Below the pieces are notes generated by a model. It had not been told where the DNA came from. It did no database searches and worked only from the letters and a program-made list of their open reading frames with translations. The translations under genes were made by a program, and so were the position numbers. Of a DNA stretch of 64,000 nt, positions 17,692-32,128 are shown piece after piece. The first letter of the stretch is position 1. Each line of letters starts with the position of its first letter. This DNA comes from Octopus vulgaris (lineage: Eukaryota), in the NCBI GenBank assembly GCA_951406725.2, contig OX597817.1:166656001-166720000 (forward strand), in the 5' to 3' direction.

Positions 17692-18060
17692 CAGGCATGT
17701 GTGTGTGGTTAACAAGCTCGCTTTACAACCAAATGATTTCGGGTTCAGTCCCACAGCATGGATCTTGATCAATTTTCTCCGAACCAACCAGCGCCTTGTA
17801 AGTGAAATTAGTTAAAAAAAAAAATGAGTGGAGGCTCATCGTATAAATAAGTGAGTGTGCGTGTGTGTGTGTGTGTACTAGTGTGCCTTTGTGTTTACTC
17901 TCCCCAACCATGGTTTGTTTAGATCCCTTCATCTTGCGGTTTGGCAAAAAGGACTGATAAAAAAAAAAACTTATACCTGAATCGAGTTGTGTGATTAAAC
18001 CCTTGAAAGCGATGCTGTAGCATGGCTGCAGTCCAATATTTGAAGCAAGAAAAAGATAAA
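17692..18060 (+). mobile_element. Diverged family A SINE
   Basis: Degenerate head and CAGCATGGCTGCAGTC...AAAAGATAAA tail. Confidence 0.7.
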
Positions 18061-19089
18061 AAAAATATATATATATAATTAAGGTTATTACTGTACCTTT
18101 GGGTTGTTTTGTTTTAGTTCAATTTTTCTGTGGTACGCCACCCGCTATGATAGAGAATATATATATATATGTATATATATATATATTTTTTTGAAGATCT
18201 TTAGTTAATCTCATTGACCAGGTGTGAATTAATTACCTGTCCTCTGTCGTTGTTTAACAGTGAGTGAACCAGGAAATATTTTAGAATGATGATACGACTG
18301 ACAGGTCACAGAGCGAGGGAACAATAAAGAAAAAGAAAATTGAGCAGAAAACTACACAGACATACAAACAGGGAAGCATACAATATAGAAGGCCATAGAG
18401 ATAAAGAGAGGAAGGGGTAATACGAAGAATAGGGATCGCTTCTCCAAAGAAATAGACTAAAAGTTAGGGAAGGCGATGTATAAAATCTACTTACTTTTCT
18501 TTAGTGTCCCTATTGAGAGAAAAATAAATAATTGAATATCTAAAATGGAAAGGGGAAGATTTGAAAATCAATGATTTAAAATTAGCAACGTTAGCATTGT
18601 GGTAGCTTAGATCCAGTCCCTATTGTAACCCCTAACAAACAACAATACCGCTACCACCAGCGCTTGCCCCTGCACCACCTCCACAGAAACGAACACAGCA
18701 AAAATGACAAAAAGACAATTACTAAAATTAGATAAGTGCTAGGAGGATTCTAAGAGTGACAGACAGACAGACAATAGTTTTTTATTTATTTATTTATGTT
18801 TTTATTGTTTTGTTTATCTTCATCGGTGTCTGCAGTGAATATTTCTTTATTTGGTGTGTGAGAATGGACGAGAAGAAAGTGGAAAAAATCTCATTGATTT
18901 TTAATTTAAAATAAAGTCAGGTGTATGTGTGAGTTAAGGTATGCTTGCATGGATATGTGTACATGTGCACAAGTATATGTGTGTGAGTGTGTATGTGCGT
19001 ATATATGTATGATGTGTGCATAAATGTGTCTTCGTGTATGCGTATATATATGTGTGTGCGCGTGTGTTGTGTGTTGTATGTATATGTAT

Positions 19090-19121
<32 letters not shown>

Positions 19122-19135
19122 GTATATGTATATGT

Positions 19136-19209
<74 letters not shown>

Positions 19210-20156
19210 GTATGTGTGTGTACATATAAGTATATACATATACTCTTTTATACGTTTCAGTGCCAAGGTTGTGGCCATTCTGAGGGTACATACACACACA
19301 CACACACACACACGCACACACGCACACACACATATATACATACATACATACATGCATACATACATACGTATACGCATATACATACATACATACATATATA
19401 CATACACACCTAAAGACTATAAAAATGTGAATAAAATTACGTATATGTGTGTGCTTGCGTGTGTGTGTGGAAGCGTGGGGGGGGGGGGGTCAGTTCGTGT
19501 GTGTGTGGATGCATGGGGGTTCCGTTCGTGTGTATGTGTATGTGTTTGTGTGTGTGTGTGTGTGTATGCATCAACGTCTGCCCTCATCTATGTAGTATGT
19601 ATGTGTGGTGTGAGTGGTAGGTTGTAAACGCCCGACAAATGACCAAATATTTATCATTAACGGGGACGATACAACATTGTAGTTGCTGTTTGTGGGAAAA
19701 AATCAGTTTGAGTAAACAAGACTTGCGAAGGATGTTATGTGATTTGATTGGTTATCAGTTGCTGGACCGAGTCGAATGCAATTTAAATCTTATTGTCACA
19801 TGGACACCAGAATCGCAGAATTTAAACATGGCACCCACTGTTGTATAAACATACTTCATTTTATTGTGCTTCACAAATTTTGGTTTCGGGTTCAACACTG
19901 GATTGAGCATTTCAACAGGAGATGTATGCAGAGTTGGTTCATATCACTATTCAATGGTATGAAAAGCACAATCGGCAGATGCGTTAGAGCGTCGGGTACA
20001 TTGCTCTGTGGTAATCCCTTCGAGATTGTTATATATATATGTGTGTATGTGTGTGTGTGTGTGTGTGTGTACGTACCCTCAGTATGGCCACAGCCTTAGC
20101 ACTGAAACGTATAAATGAATATATGTATATACTTATATGTACACACACATACGTAC

Positions 20157-20197
<41 letters not shown>

Positions 20198-20350
20198 CAT
20201 AAATACATAATACACATACATAAATACATAACACACATACATAAATATATAACACACATATATGCATACATAAATATATGTGACCTCGTGTGTACCGTTT
20301 GGCGATTTTTTTTCCTCTGTCTTCCCTTCTCTGGATCTTTCCTTCTCCTA

Positions 20351-20386
20351 TGTTTCCGACGAAGAGCTCCGCTCGAAACGTTAAAC
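20351..20386 (+). ncRNA. Minimal hammerhead-like motif (Penelope pLTR type, CCGACGA variant)
   Basis: gttt CCGACGA A GAGC tcc GCTC GAAACGTT aaac; same family as 62921-62954. Confidence 0.55.
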
Positions 20387-20466
20387 CCTCCTTCTTTCCT
20401 TCTTTCCTGAGCTATATTTGTTCCACGTCCTCGCATTGTTGTATCTTTTTGTGCTTTCTTGTTTGG

Positions 20467-20558
<92 letters not shown>

Positions 20559-21299
20559 AGTAATCGACTGTGGTCGGGTCTGGAATGTTACTGGCCCCGT
20601 CAGGTTTACAATGTGTCCAAGACATGTCGTATGTCACGACATTGTGCCAACAATTCTATTAGGAATCAACTTCATGACATCATTACACGTGAAGACGACT
20701 CATATTTAGACAATCACACCATTCCACGGCTTTTGAAAGGCTCTAATCTGAATATAGTTCATTCATGGAAGTGTTCAACAAGGAGAAAGTTGTTACATTA
20801 GAACAACAACGCAGATACCCGAAAAAATATGATAGCTGGCCACTGTAGTATCATCTATAACTGTAACTTCATTTTGACCACAATGAGCCCGTACTGCTGT
20901 TAATACCAGAAACACTCTACGACTAACGCGAGGAACTCACATCCCGTGGTGCATATCAGCCAGTTCCTCCTTCTGGCTCGATAAATCAAATACAAATCAA
21001 GTACTGAAGTCAGCTTTACGTAATCCCTAAATTTGATGCTTTGTGCACTTGAGCAGCCCATGCGATAAGGGATCAATTTTTGTGGTTGTACCTAATCTGG
21101 GAGCATGTTGCAAACACAGCAAAGCAAAGTTTTGTTGTTCGGGGTGCAAAATGGAAGTTAGGGTATGTTACGTCGATTTTGGTGTATACAACCACAAAAA
21201 TTGACCCTATATCTTCAGAACATGAAGACGAAGCATTTTGTCCAGCATGCTAAAAAATCTGCCAGCTTGCAGCTTTATAGTTGTATATAAATAATGCTT

Positions 21300-21898
21300 T
21301 CAAGTTTTGGCACAAGGCCGGAAATTTTATGGAGGGTGATATAGATTGATTTCACGCCCTCTCCCCAGTGTTCAACTAGTACTTAATTTATCGACCCCGA
21401 AAGGATGGAAGGCACAGTTGACCTCAGCAGAATATGAACTCAGAACGTAAAGACAGACGAAATACTGCTAAGTATTTTGTCCAGAGTGATGACGATTCTT
21501 TTCTACTCTAGGAACAAGGCCCGAAATTTTGTGGGGAGGGGCGCCAGTCGATTACATCGATTCCAGTAGGCAACTGGTATTTAAGTTTATCGACCCTGAA
21601 AGGATGAAAGGCAAATTTGAACACAGAACGTAAATACGAACGAAATACTGCGAAGCATTTCGTCCGACATGCTAACGTCTCTTATTTCTTTATTGCCCAC
21701 AAGGGGCTAAACATAGAGAGGACAAACAAGCTCAGACAAAGGGATTATATCGATTAGATCAGCCCCAGTGCGTAACTCGTACTTAATTTATCGACCCCAA
21801 AAGGATGAAAGGCAAAATCGACCTCGGCGGAATTTGAACTCAGAACGAAATACTAAGCATTTCGCTCGGCGTACTAACGTTTCTGCCAGCTCGCCAAC
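21300..21898 (-). mobile_element. Family B SINE multimer
   Basis: Three units containing CGAAAGGATGAAAGGCAAA...GAACTCAGAAC. Confidence 0.8.
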
Positions 21899-22504
21899 TT
21901 ATAGCTGTACATGAATAATAAATAAAATAACAATTTAACATATATTGTCCTCTGTTTTTAGTATATTCCACTAATATATGCTTCAGAATCACAGATGCCT
22001 AATCTCACCACCACAATCCTTATGAAACAGAAGATCTGCTTTCACTGAGAACAATATATGGTAATATTTAATTCATGATGTGTTGTGGCATTTTAGCAAT
22101 TAATTAGTATTCGACAACGGTAAATAGTTGTTCAATGGTTTAGAAGCTATAAATGGCTAATGTTGAACTTTCAGCCTTCGCTAAAAATGCACCAAAGTGC
22201 TAATTCAAATATTCACACAGACAAACATACATGCTCTCTTTCTTTCTCCCCAATCATGTATATCGATTTCTAGCAATAAATGCAAGGGCACACATAACTG
22301 AAGGTGAGAAATAATTGATCGAATTGACGCCACTACACGACTAATAATAATAATTTGATTCTACTCTCGGATGAAATTAAAACCTAGGAAAATGGAACGG
22401 GAATCGAACACCGAGCGTCCAAAAGAATATGCTAATTACTACAAAGCTTTATAGCTTTCAACTCTACCGCGTCGGCCACCAAAACACAGTTTTGGATATA
22501 TCTC

Positions 22505-24127
22505 TCTATCTCTTATTATAAAAGGCAGATTTTATTTGCCTCCCTTTGTCACTTATAGAAATCTACAATATAGGATTTCTTCAATTACAATTTACCTAGC
22601 ATTTTTAAGAGTAGAATGCATCGGGTCATGCCAGGTCCAGTTTTTAAAATTTAAACTCCAATTAAGCAAAATTTACAGAAAACTCACATTCTGGTGTGTA
22701 TGTCAAATGCTTTTCTTAGTCTGGTTTACAGCACACGCAAACGCACACACACAGTGTGCAACGAATAAAGTGAAACTAATTCACTGTGTGTGTGCTGACA
22801 GGTAGACAATAGAATGCGATGGCGATAGCGATGGCGATGTAATATTTGTTTCTGTCTATCACGCTGATAGATACATGAGTAAAATGTATGGCAAGCTAAG
22901 AGATAAGAGTGAGTGAAAATGTTCTTGGAAGAGAGTAAATAGCGACAGAGTGATTTGAGGAAGACTAAACTGAAAGTATGAAACAGTGTTTATGTATAAA
23001 CAGACGACACTTATATATAGTTATTAATAAATGTATGCATCCGTTTAACCCTTTCGTTACCAAACCGCCCGAATTTACCTATTCATATTTAAATGAGAAT
23101 ATCAGAGTAAATCTCTTTAGTACATTCGTGAAAACACGTATTATACTTCGTAAACACTTCAAATACAGTTTTGTACAAAAATCGAAGTGTAATTTTAATT
23201 CCGTGAATTATGGGAGATTTTTTTCCGAAATTTGTTCCTATTGTGTTTTCAAAATTTGTAATTCTGACAAAAAATGGATACGAATTTCATTATATCAAGC
23301 AGCGAGTCAGAATTCGAAGGATTTTCTACTGAAGACCTTCATAAATCTAACTCTATGACTGAAAAAAAAAGCATCTTTATATAAGAGTGAAGTTGTGTGT
23401 CTGTCTCCTACGATTTAGATTCGTAACTACTCCCACATTTTGCGGTGCAGTTTAACCAAAAGCGGGTATCTTATAGTCGTGATTCATATCGAGCCCTTCT
23501 GGATATTAGCGCGCGTCTACGATGAGTCTACGATTTAAAAAAAATTACCATCATATTTTTCCATTTTAATGCATTTTTTTCGCTTTTATATAAGGGAAGT
23601 AACTCTCTAAAAATATCTACGATGTGTCAACGATTTAAAAAAAAAATTACCTTAATTTTTTTTCAATTTTTAATGCATTTTTTTGCTATTTTTTGGCTAT
23701 AACTCTCTAAAAATGTTTATATAGTTATTTCCCTTACAATCCGAGCAACGCCGGGCGATACTGCTAGTATATATATAAACGGCAAAATGTCTGTATGTGT
23801 GTCCTTTATACAAATCCACAATTTTTCAGTTAGAGAGCTCGCACTTCCTATGGTCATTCAAAACCGTCCAAGGATGGTCGTGCACAACTTCACATTTCCC
23901 CAGTCACTCCGCAAAGCCATTAAAAAATCAATAGAAGTGACTTTTTTGTGAATTTTCCATCCAAAGCCCAATCAAAATGCTCGAAACTTGATACGCCAAT
24001 TGAATGTCAACTAGCTGTATATGATTGGTCGGAAATTTGGACAGTACTCGCGTGTATTTGCGCACGCACGCAGCTGTATATGCATGCACTAGCACTATGA
24101 CCCGGCGTTGCCAGGTCATAATGCTAG
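22505..24127 (+). mobile_element. Tandem non-autonomous Helitron-like elements
   Basis: TC...TATA(T)AA-type starts at ~22509, ~23373 and ~23768. GC-rich hairpin plus CTAG ends at 23741-23767 (ccgagcaacgccggg...CTAG) and 24099-24127 (gacccggcgttgccaggtc...CTAG). Confidence 0.72.
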
Positions 24128-24149
24128 TTTAAATATAAAAGGTTATATG

Positions 24150-24502
24150 CGCAGCTGAGCATGTCCTTTGGTTGCTAACGATATGTGCATCTCTGATCAC
24201 GAGCAGAAGTATGTTTGTAGGGGGAGCATTGTAGCCATATTTTGAGAGGAATTCTTTAGGGTTTGAATAAATCACCTCTAAAAACATCGTCGTTAAACAA
24301 ACTTTATTCGGGGAGCTTTAGAGCGGGATGGGCTACTCGAGCTGAAAAAATTCTAACTTGATATGAGCTCACCATGTCGTGCACATATGGTTGTGATGCA
24401 TGTGCCTGGTGTACCCTTATCAGTTGGGTAGTCATGATGGGTATATTGGGCTTCGTATATTTGTACTCCCAGTGCTCTGTCACTCAATAATAATAATAAT
24501 AA

Positions 24503-24546
<44 letters not shown>

Positions 24547-24943
24547 ATGTCAGCTGTTTCACCGTAACCAGTTGAGCATGTCCCTTAGTGATCACGAGCA
24601 GAAGTATTGGGGGAGCATCATAGCCATGTATTGAGAGGAATTCTTTGGGGTTTGAATAATTCACCTCTGGAAATATGGGTGTTTCGTTCAACATCCTTAA
24701 ACAACCCTTATTCAGGGATCTTTTGAGTGGGATGAGCTACTCGACCAGAAGAAAATTCTAACTGGGCCCCATCTGCAAGGTCATGTGCTGTTTATCTTGA
24801 TATGAGATCACCATGTCGCGCACATATGGTTGTGATGCATGTGCCAGGTGTACCCTTATCAGACAGGTAGTCATGATGGCTATACTGGGCTTCGTATATT
24901 TTACCCCAGTGTCACTTTGATGGCATGCAGTGCTGTCTCACTC

Positions 24944-24945
<2 letters not shown>
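24150..24945 (+). mobile_element. Two tandem truncated copies of an (AAT)n-associated non-coding retroelement (family C)
   Basis: Both copies end ...tcactc followed by (AAT)n; homologous to 43097-43637 and 56138-56666. Confidence 0.8.
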
Positions 24946-25022
<77 letters not shown>

Positions 25023-26047
25023 GCTACAAATTTTGGCACGAGGCTAGCAATTTCGAAGAAGCGGACAAATCGATTACATCGACTCCAGTACTCAACTGGT
25101 ACTCATAATAATAATAATTCTGTTATTACTGTCGCTGACAAAGTTGTCCTAGTTACGGATTGCTTGAATCAATTAATATTTTGTTTTTACTTTTCCCTCT
25201 GCTAGATTTATCCTGGCACTGCAGGTCATATATCCGGTCTCGAGATAGCGAACCCTGACCCCTAACCTACCCCTACAATAGACCAGCCATCCACCACCTC
25301 CACCATCGCCACCACTACCCCTGCTATATATTTCTCACTAAGTACGTGTTCAGTTATGTCAATGTTTAACTTCGCAGCTTCCCCTATATGTTGGACATAG
25401 AGGTCCAGTTATTTTCGTCCACAGCTGTACTTCCGGTACCTCTTTTCACTTCAGATTAAAAGAACTTACATATTCCTTCTCTCTCTCTTTCTCTCTTTAT
25501 TTATCTATCTATCCATCTACTCTCTCTCTCTCTCACTCTTCCTCTCTCTCTCAATTTCTCTTTCTCTCTCTCTTTCTCTCGCCCACTCTCTTTCTCTCTC
25601 TCTTTCTTTCTTTCTGTCTCTCTGTCAGTCCCTTCTCTCCCTTTCTCTCCCTCTTTCTGTCTTTCTCTCCCTATTTCTGTCTCTCTCGCTGTCTCTCTGT
25701 CTCCCCATTCTCTCTCTCACTCTTTCTGCCCCAGCATGGCCGCAGTCTAATGACTGAAACAAACAACAAAATCAAATGTCTATCCCGTCTCTCTCTCTCT
25801 CTGTCTCTTCCTCTTTATCTGTTTCTCCCGACCTCTTTCTCGCTTCTACTCTATTCCCTCTGTCTCTTTCTCTTTTCCTCACTCTCACTTTATTTCTCTC
25901 TCTCTTTCATCTCCTTTCTCTCCATTTCTCTTTTCCTCGGTGCTTTTTTCTCGCATTTCCTTTTTATTTCGCTTTCCTATTTTTCATTCTTGAAACTGCA
26001 GAATTACACATGTTCATAGTTCAACAGCAGTTCTCTAGCATTGTTCC

Positions 26048-26245
<198 letters not shown>

Positions 26246-26396
26246 GTTGTGATGCATGTGTATAATAAAATAATAATAATGGCAATAATAACAACAATAA
26301 CAATAATAATAATAACAACAATAACAATAATATAATATGCAGCTACTACAGTTGATTCTATTGGTACTTTACAACTCCTTCATTACTAATATCAGA

Positions 26397-26449
<53 letters not shown>

Positions 26450-26504
26450 TATTATTATTATAATAATAATGACAATATCAATAACAATAATAATAATAAC
26501 AATA

Positions 26505-26553
<49 letters not shown>

Positions 26554-26883
26554 CAACAATAACAACAACAACAATAAACTCAATAAGATGAGTCGATCGA
26601 AATTTTTGGACAACAAAACTAATATGAATTTCAGTTGATACAGTTATTAAATCTCACTGGTGAAAGCAACTGTCATGTTTCGGTTTTATTTGTCATCTTC
26701 AGTGAAGAATATTATATTATTGATACATTAATTTCTAAAATTGATCATTATGTCAATAGGCATATAAAGAGTTTACATGACATTGATAATATGTATAAAC
26801 GATATGGTTGAGAGATAATACGGCAGACGAACTTTTTGCTTACTAAAGAGATGTTGTATCCCACATGTGGCATAGTGAGCTAA

Positions 26884-27263
26884 GTGGAGGTGCAATGGCC
26901 CACTGGTGAGAGCAGCGGATTCGCGGTCGTAGTGTCGCGGTTTCGATTCCCAGACCGAGCGTTGTGAGTATTTATTGAGCAAAAACGCCTAAAGTTCCAC
27001 GAGCCTCCGGCAGGGGGTGGTGGTGAACCCTGCTGTACTCTTTCACCACAAATTTCTCTTCCTCTTTCTTCCTGTTTCTGTTGTACCTTTATTTCAAAGG
27101 CCAGCCTTGTCCCACTCTGTGTCACGCTGAATCTCCCCGAGGACTACGCTAAGAGTACACAAGTTTGTGAAGTGCTTAGCCACTTACACGTTCATTTCAC
27201 GAGCAGGCTGTTCCGTTGATCGGATCTACTGGAACCCTCGTCGTCGTAACCGACGGATTGCTA
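26884..27263 (+). mobile_element. tRNA-headed SINE (family D, tRNA-Arg-like head)
   Basis: GTGGAGG(C)GCAATGGCCCA..TGG...GGTTTCGATTCCC; homologous to 34024-34408 and 57444-57826. Confidence 0.85.
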
Positions 27264-27583
27264 CGATAGTGAGCAAAGATTATCCAAGTAATTACTGGAT
27301 AAAATCTCCCTCTAAGACTGTTATATCCTTATTTACACGAGTGAGTATTCAAGTAAATTCGTGTTTATGTGTGTGCGTGTGTGTGTGTTTGTGTGTGTGC
27401 GTGTAGGACCATCTGTGTGTTTTGATGTACGTTATAAGCCTTTGGGTTATATCTGAGTATGTGTACGTGTGTGTGTGTGTGTTTCTTAATGTGTTGTTTG
27501 AGCATGTCTTAGTTTATCTCTATGCATCGATGTCTCCGTCTATCACTTGGTGTGTTCGTGCATGTCTTTGTTAGAACGTGCGT

Positions 27584-27645
<62 letters not shown>

Positions 27646-28552
27646 ACCTGACATTAGTCGTCGTGTTTTGAGGTGGTGAGTGGTTGTGGTGCAAGTAAAA
27701 GTAGAAACGACACAGGTCTGGTGATGATGAGGTAGAAGAGTAGAAAATGAGTGTTAGGCGGCGGCGGCGGCGACGGTGCCAGAGTTGGTGGTGGTGGTGG
27801 TGGTGGTGGTGGTGGTGGTTGCGTTGATATTGACTAAGGTTGTGTACCGGTGACGGGGGGGAGTAATGGCTGCGGTATATATCAGTATAGGCCGCCGCTG
27901 ATAATGGCGGCGCCTGTGATGTTAGTGATGTTGAACGGAAATAATGGTGTTTTGTGGTGTAGTTGCAGTTAGTTATGCACAGCTAGACACATAACACGGA
28001 CGTGCTTAATTAATAACAGATGATTAAATCTGTGTTCCAGTCATCGGTTCTCAATATTTGTCGTTGGGAATACTGCTTTAATATTTTGAACTTACAAAGG
28101 CAGAGGATAGGCAGAATCGTTGAAGCTTTGGGAAATACTTCTGGGTATTCATTTCAGCTCCTTACCTTTTGAGTTCAAATACTGTCGAAGTCAAACTTTA
28201 CTTTTCATCTTTTCGGGATCGATAAAATAAAGAGTCAGTCAATGCTAGCATTGATTTAATCGATTAACTTTTTCCTTTTAAAATGGCTTGTTTTCTGCCT
28301 AAATCAGAAATAATACTTAAGATTTGGAACCTTAGGCTCTTATGTTAAAGATAGTAAAAATTTCGTTTATGGATATTTGGGTTCAGCATTTGGTAGGTAA
28401 AATAAACACGCAGAAGCTCCTTCGCTTGGCTGTGAAATATAGTTGAAATATTCTCAAAAATATAGTTGAAGGTTTATATATGAATATTTGAATACAATAC
28501 TGGATAAGTCTCGTCTCTAGAAGAGCACCCTCACTGTCACATGTAGATTCCA

Positions 28553-29071
28553 CTAGGTAATTCAAATTGAACAGTACAAAAAGAAAACAAACAGATGTAA
28601 CATGAAAGGTTAACTCTTCAAGATTCTATCGACAGTCAGAGATTTTCAATATATGGGTTCTTAGCCAAACAGCAGCAGACATGCTGACATCTAACATGAT
28701 AGTCTAGTTCTTGCCATATCCATGCCAGCATATAGCCTAATGAACTGAGTCGACTGCGTCGCCTATACGCTGTTTTAACTCCTGGAAATCCTGTGGGAGG
28801 AGGGGTATGATCACTTTTGTGTTTCAGATACGCCCAAAGGAAAAAATCACAAGGCGTTAGGACGGGAGACCTGGTGTGGGAGGGGGTGCTGTCCATCAAT
28901 GGCAAATCATTCACCCCGGTACGGCAAGTCTAGCATTTTTGAAGATGTTAGGGTATGTGATCCAGACAATGTGGCAGGACACCATCTTACAGTATAATGA
29001 AGTTGGGCACCTCTTCTTCCAACTGAGGCAACAACTAAATAAGACAGCATTGTACCATTGAATTACCCTAT
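28553..29071 (-). mobile_element. Tc1-like transposon relic
   Basis: RSPVLTPCDFFLWAYLK motif; short TIR taggtaattcaa / ttgaattacccta. Confidence 0.7.
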
Positions 29072-29139
29072 AGCTTAAAGCAAGTTGAAATCCAAGTTGA
29101 TCCTATTAAACGAATATAGGAATTTCTTGGCAGAAGATA

Positions 29140-29900
29140 AGGCGGCGAGTTGGCAGAAACGTTAGCACGCCGGGCGAAATGCGTAGCCGTATTTCGTCTG
29201 CCGTTACGTTCTGAGGTCGACTTTGCCTTTCATCCTTTCAGGGTCGATTAAATAAGTACCAGTTACGTACTGGAGTCGATGTAATCGACTTAATCCGTTT
29301 GTCTGTCCTTGTTTGTCCTCTTTGTGTTTATCCCCTTGTGGGTAGTAAAGAATAGGTATTTAGTCTGCCGTTACGTTCTGATTTCAAATTCTGCCGCGGT
29401 CGACTTTGCCTGTCATCCTTTCGGGGTCGACAAATTAAGTACCAGTTACGCACTGGAGTCTATGTATTTGACTTAATCCCTTCATCTTTCCTTGTTTGTC
29501 CCCTCTATGTTTAGCCCCTTATGGGCAATAAAGAAATAAGAATCGTTAGCACGCCCGGTGAAATGCTTAGCGTTATTTCGTTTGTCTTTAGGTTCTGAGT
29601 TCAAATTCCGCTGAGGTCGATTTTACCTTTCATCCTTTCGGAGTCGGTAAATTAAGTACCAGTTGCGTACTGGGGTCGAACTAATCGAATGGCCCCCTCC
29701 CCCAAAATTTCGGGCCTTGTGCCTAGAGTAGAAAAGAATCGTTAGCTCGTCGGACAAAATACTTAAATGTGTTTCCTCTGTTCCCGCGTTCTGAGTTCAA
29801 ATTTCACCGAGGTCGACTTTGCCTTTTATCGGTTGGAGTCGATAAAATAAATACCAGTTGAGTAATGGGGTTGATGTAAGCGACTTACCCTGTCCCCTGA
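29140..29900 (+). mobile_element. Family B SINE tetramer
   Basis: Four head-to-tail units. Confidence 0.85.
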
Positions 29901-30789
29901 AATCCCAGGCGTTGTGTCTGGACAGAATGAGTCAATACGGATCAGTCTGTTATTGATAATTTTATTATAATCATGCTTAATCAGATGTAAGCCGTTATAT
30001 TATCTAAAGGTGGGCCAAGAAAACTGGATTATTTTTCGTGAATTCAAGTTAAATTACTTCGCTTTTGTATTTGGTTTGCAGGATTTATAATGTAAATTCG
30101 AGTATTGGAACATATTTTGTATCTCGGGAGGGTCACTATGCTAATAATGATGGAATCAAACGTGGATTAGAGAGGCACGTCAATGATGAGGTGGCGAATG
30201 GTGACGAAAGACATTTGACAAACTAAGCTGACTGACTGATCGAACGATTAATAAAATTATCGATTAGTTTATTGGTTAATTAGCTAAATGATCAACCACT
30301 TGACTTATAATGATGATGATGATGAGGAGGAGGAGGAGGAGGGGGATGAGGAGGGCAGTTTTTTCGTGCCAGAAGATCATAAGGAAGGGCAGCAAGCCCT
30401 TAAATAGCTATGTAACCGGATCCTTGAGTAACAGAATCTGGCGCGCTTGGAACAAATGAGCAGGTTTTGATCAGATGGCAGGTGGTGACAATGACTCATT
30501 CCCCGCAGTAGCTCTGGCTTTCTCAGAACTTCTTGCACCAGTCTGGATGCAATCACGCTATGCTTTCCCCTGTGCTGCAACTCCTTTCGACTCAGCGAGG
30601 TCTATCCCTGCTTGGGTAAGCTGGCGTTTTTGTTGGCCCTTGAAAAGCTTCCGAGGGAGGGGACACCTCTGACTCTTTTACCCTGGTTGTGCTCACTCTA
30701 GAACATAGTCTTCGGCATTCTGGATTTTTCCATGTGTCAGACTTGACTTGTCCATCTGGGCAGTCTGAGCAGCAAGCATGGTTTCATTG

Positions 30790-31651
30790 TACGAGGTGGT
30801 ATCAAAAGATTACCGGACTAGTTATGGTTAATAAAAAAAAAAACTTATTTACCCAAGTTTTAGCATTATCTACTTCGAAATAGTCGCCTTGCCACTTTTG
30901 GAATCCGGCTTGGAAGTCGTTTTCCGAGAGCGAACCGAGGAACTTCTGTAATACAATCTGGATTTTGACAACGGTGTTAAAAGGGCGACCTTTGAGCTGC
31001 AGTTTCAGCTTGGTGAAGACATAGGAGTTCGCAGGTGCTAAATCCGGCAAAGAGGGCGGTGCGAAAGCGATGCCATGTTGTTTTTTGGCGAGAAACTTGC
31101 GAGTGTGGAGAGCTCGGTGACAGGATGTAGGTCGCCTTTGCCGAATGCGCCCACTAAAACGCTTCAAAACGTCGCAGTAGAACTCTCTACGGTCTGGTCC
31201 TGGTGGACGAATTTTCGATACACAATACCACATTTCCGGGGATGACGTTCGTGGCAAGTCTTCCAGACTACCCACCGTCTTCTTTCAGGGACGTTTTTCA
31301 GATTTTGAAGCGTCTGTGCCACTCGAAACATTGCGCACAACCCACTGCCCCATCACCGTAAGATTACCGAAGCATGCTCACAATCTCTGTAGCAGACTTC
31401 CCAAGTTTAACGCAATATTTCTCGTTGGGCTTTTGTCCCCCATCCATGACAAAATCGCGAACTACAGTATACATGTGATCACAAAAAAAAAAAAAAAAAA
31501 ATTTCACAACTTGCGAAGTAAACACAGTGACGTCACTCGACAGGCTGCCTCATGAAGGTCACTGCTAGCTTTCACTGCGCACTCAACCAAGTGCTGCCAT
31601 CTGTTGGCGCCCTACAGAACGAGTTCGGGAACTTTTTGATACGACCTCGTA
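30790..31651 (-). mobile_element. Mariner-like element, internally deleted
   Basis: TA-flanked TIRs TACGAGGTGGTATCAAAAG / CTTTTTGATACGACCTCGTA; PPSLPDLAP..YVF.KLKLQLKG motif. Confidence 0.88.
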
Positions 31652-31843
31652 TTCATTACTGGCATAGTGACCCTGCCGAGAAACAACAGAATCAGCTTAG
31701 ATCAGTGTTGCGTTTTGTTACCCTGGCTATTAAGTTATTGAAGACTTCGTAGAGTATTTTTCCCACAACAAATATATTACCACCGTCAATTTCGAGCAAA
31801 CCGAAAGGATGAAGACAGCCAAGACTGGAGCGCAAATTGAATA

Positions 31844-31844
<1 letters not shown>

Positions 31845-31902
<58 letters not shown>

Positions 31903-32043
31903 ACAACAGCAACTGTAATATTAATAGCTGCAGCAGTAGTAGTCGTCGTCGTCGTCGTCGTAGTAGTAGTAGTAGTAGTAGTAGTCGTAGTAGCCGTAGT
32001 AGCCGTAGTAGTCGTAGTAGTAGTAGTAGTAGTAGTAGTAGTC

Positions 32044-32128
<85 letters not shown>

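Noticed and set aside
26670-26705. Minus-strand CTGAAGA...GAAACATG hammerhead-like motif
   Set aside because: Stem II does not pair; at best a decayed copy.
30370-30780. GC-richer block with short ORFs
   Set aside because: Probably the 5' part of an old LINE; no diagnostic motif.
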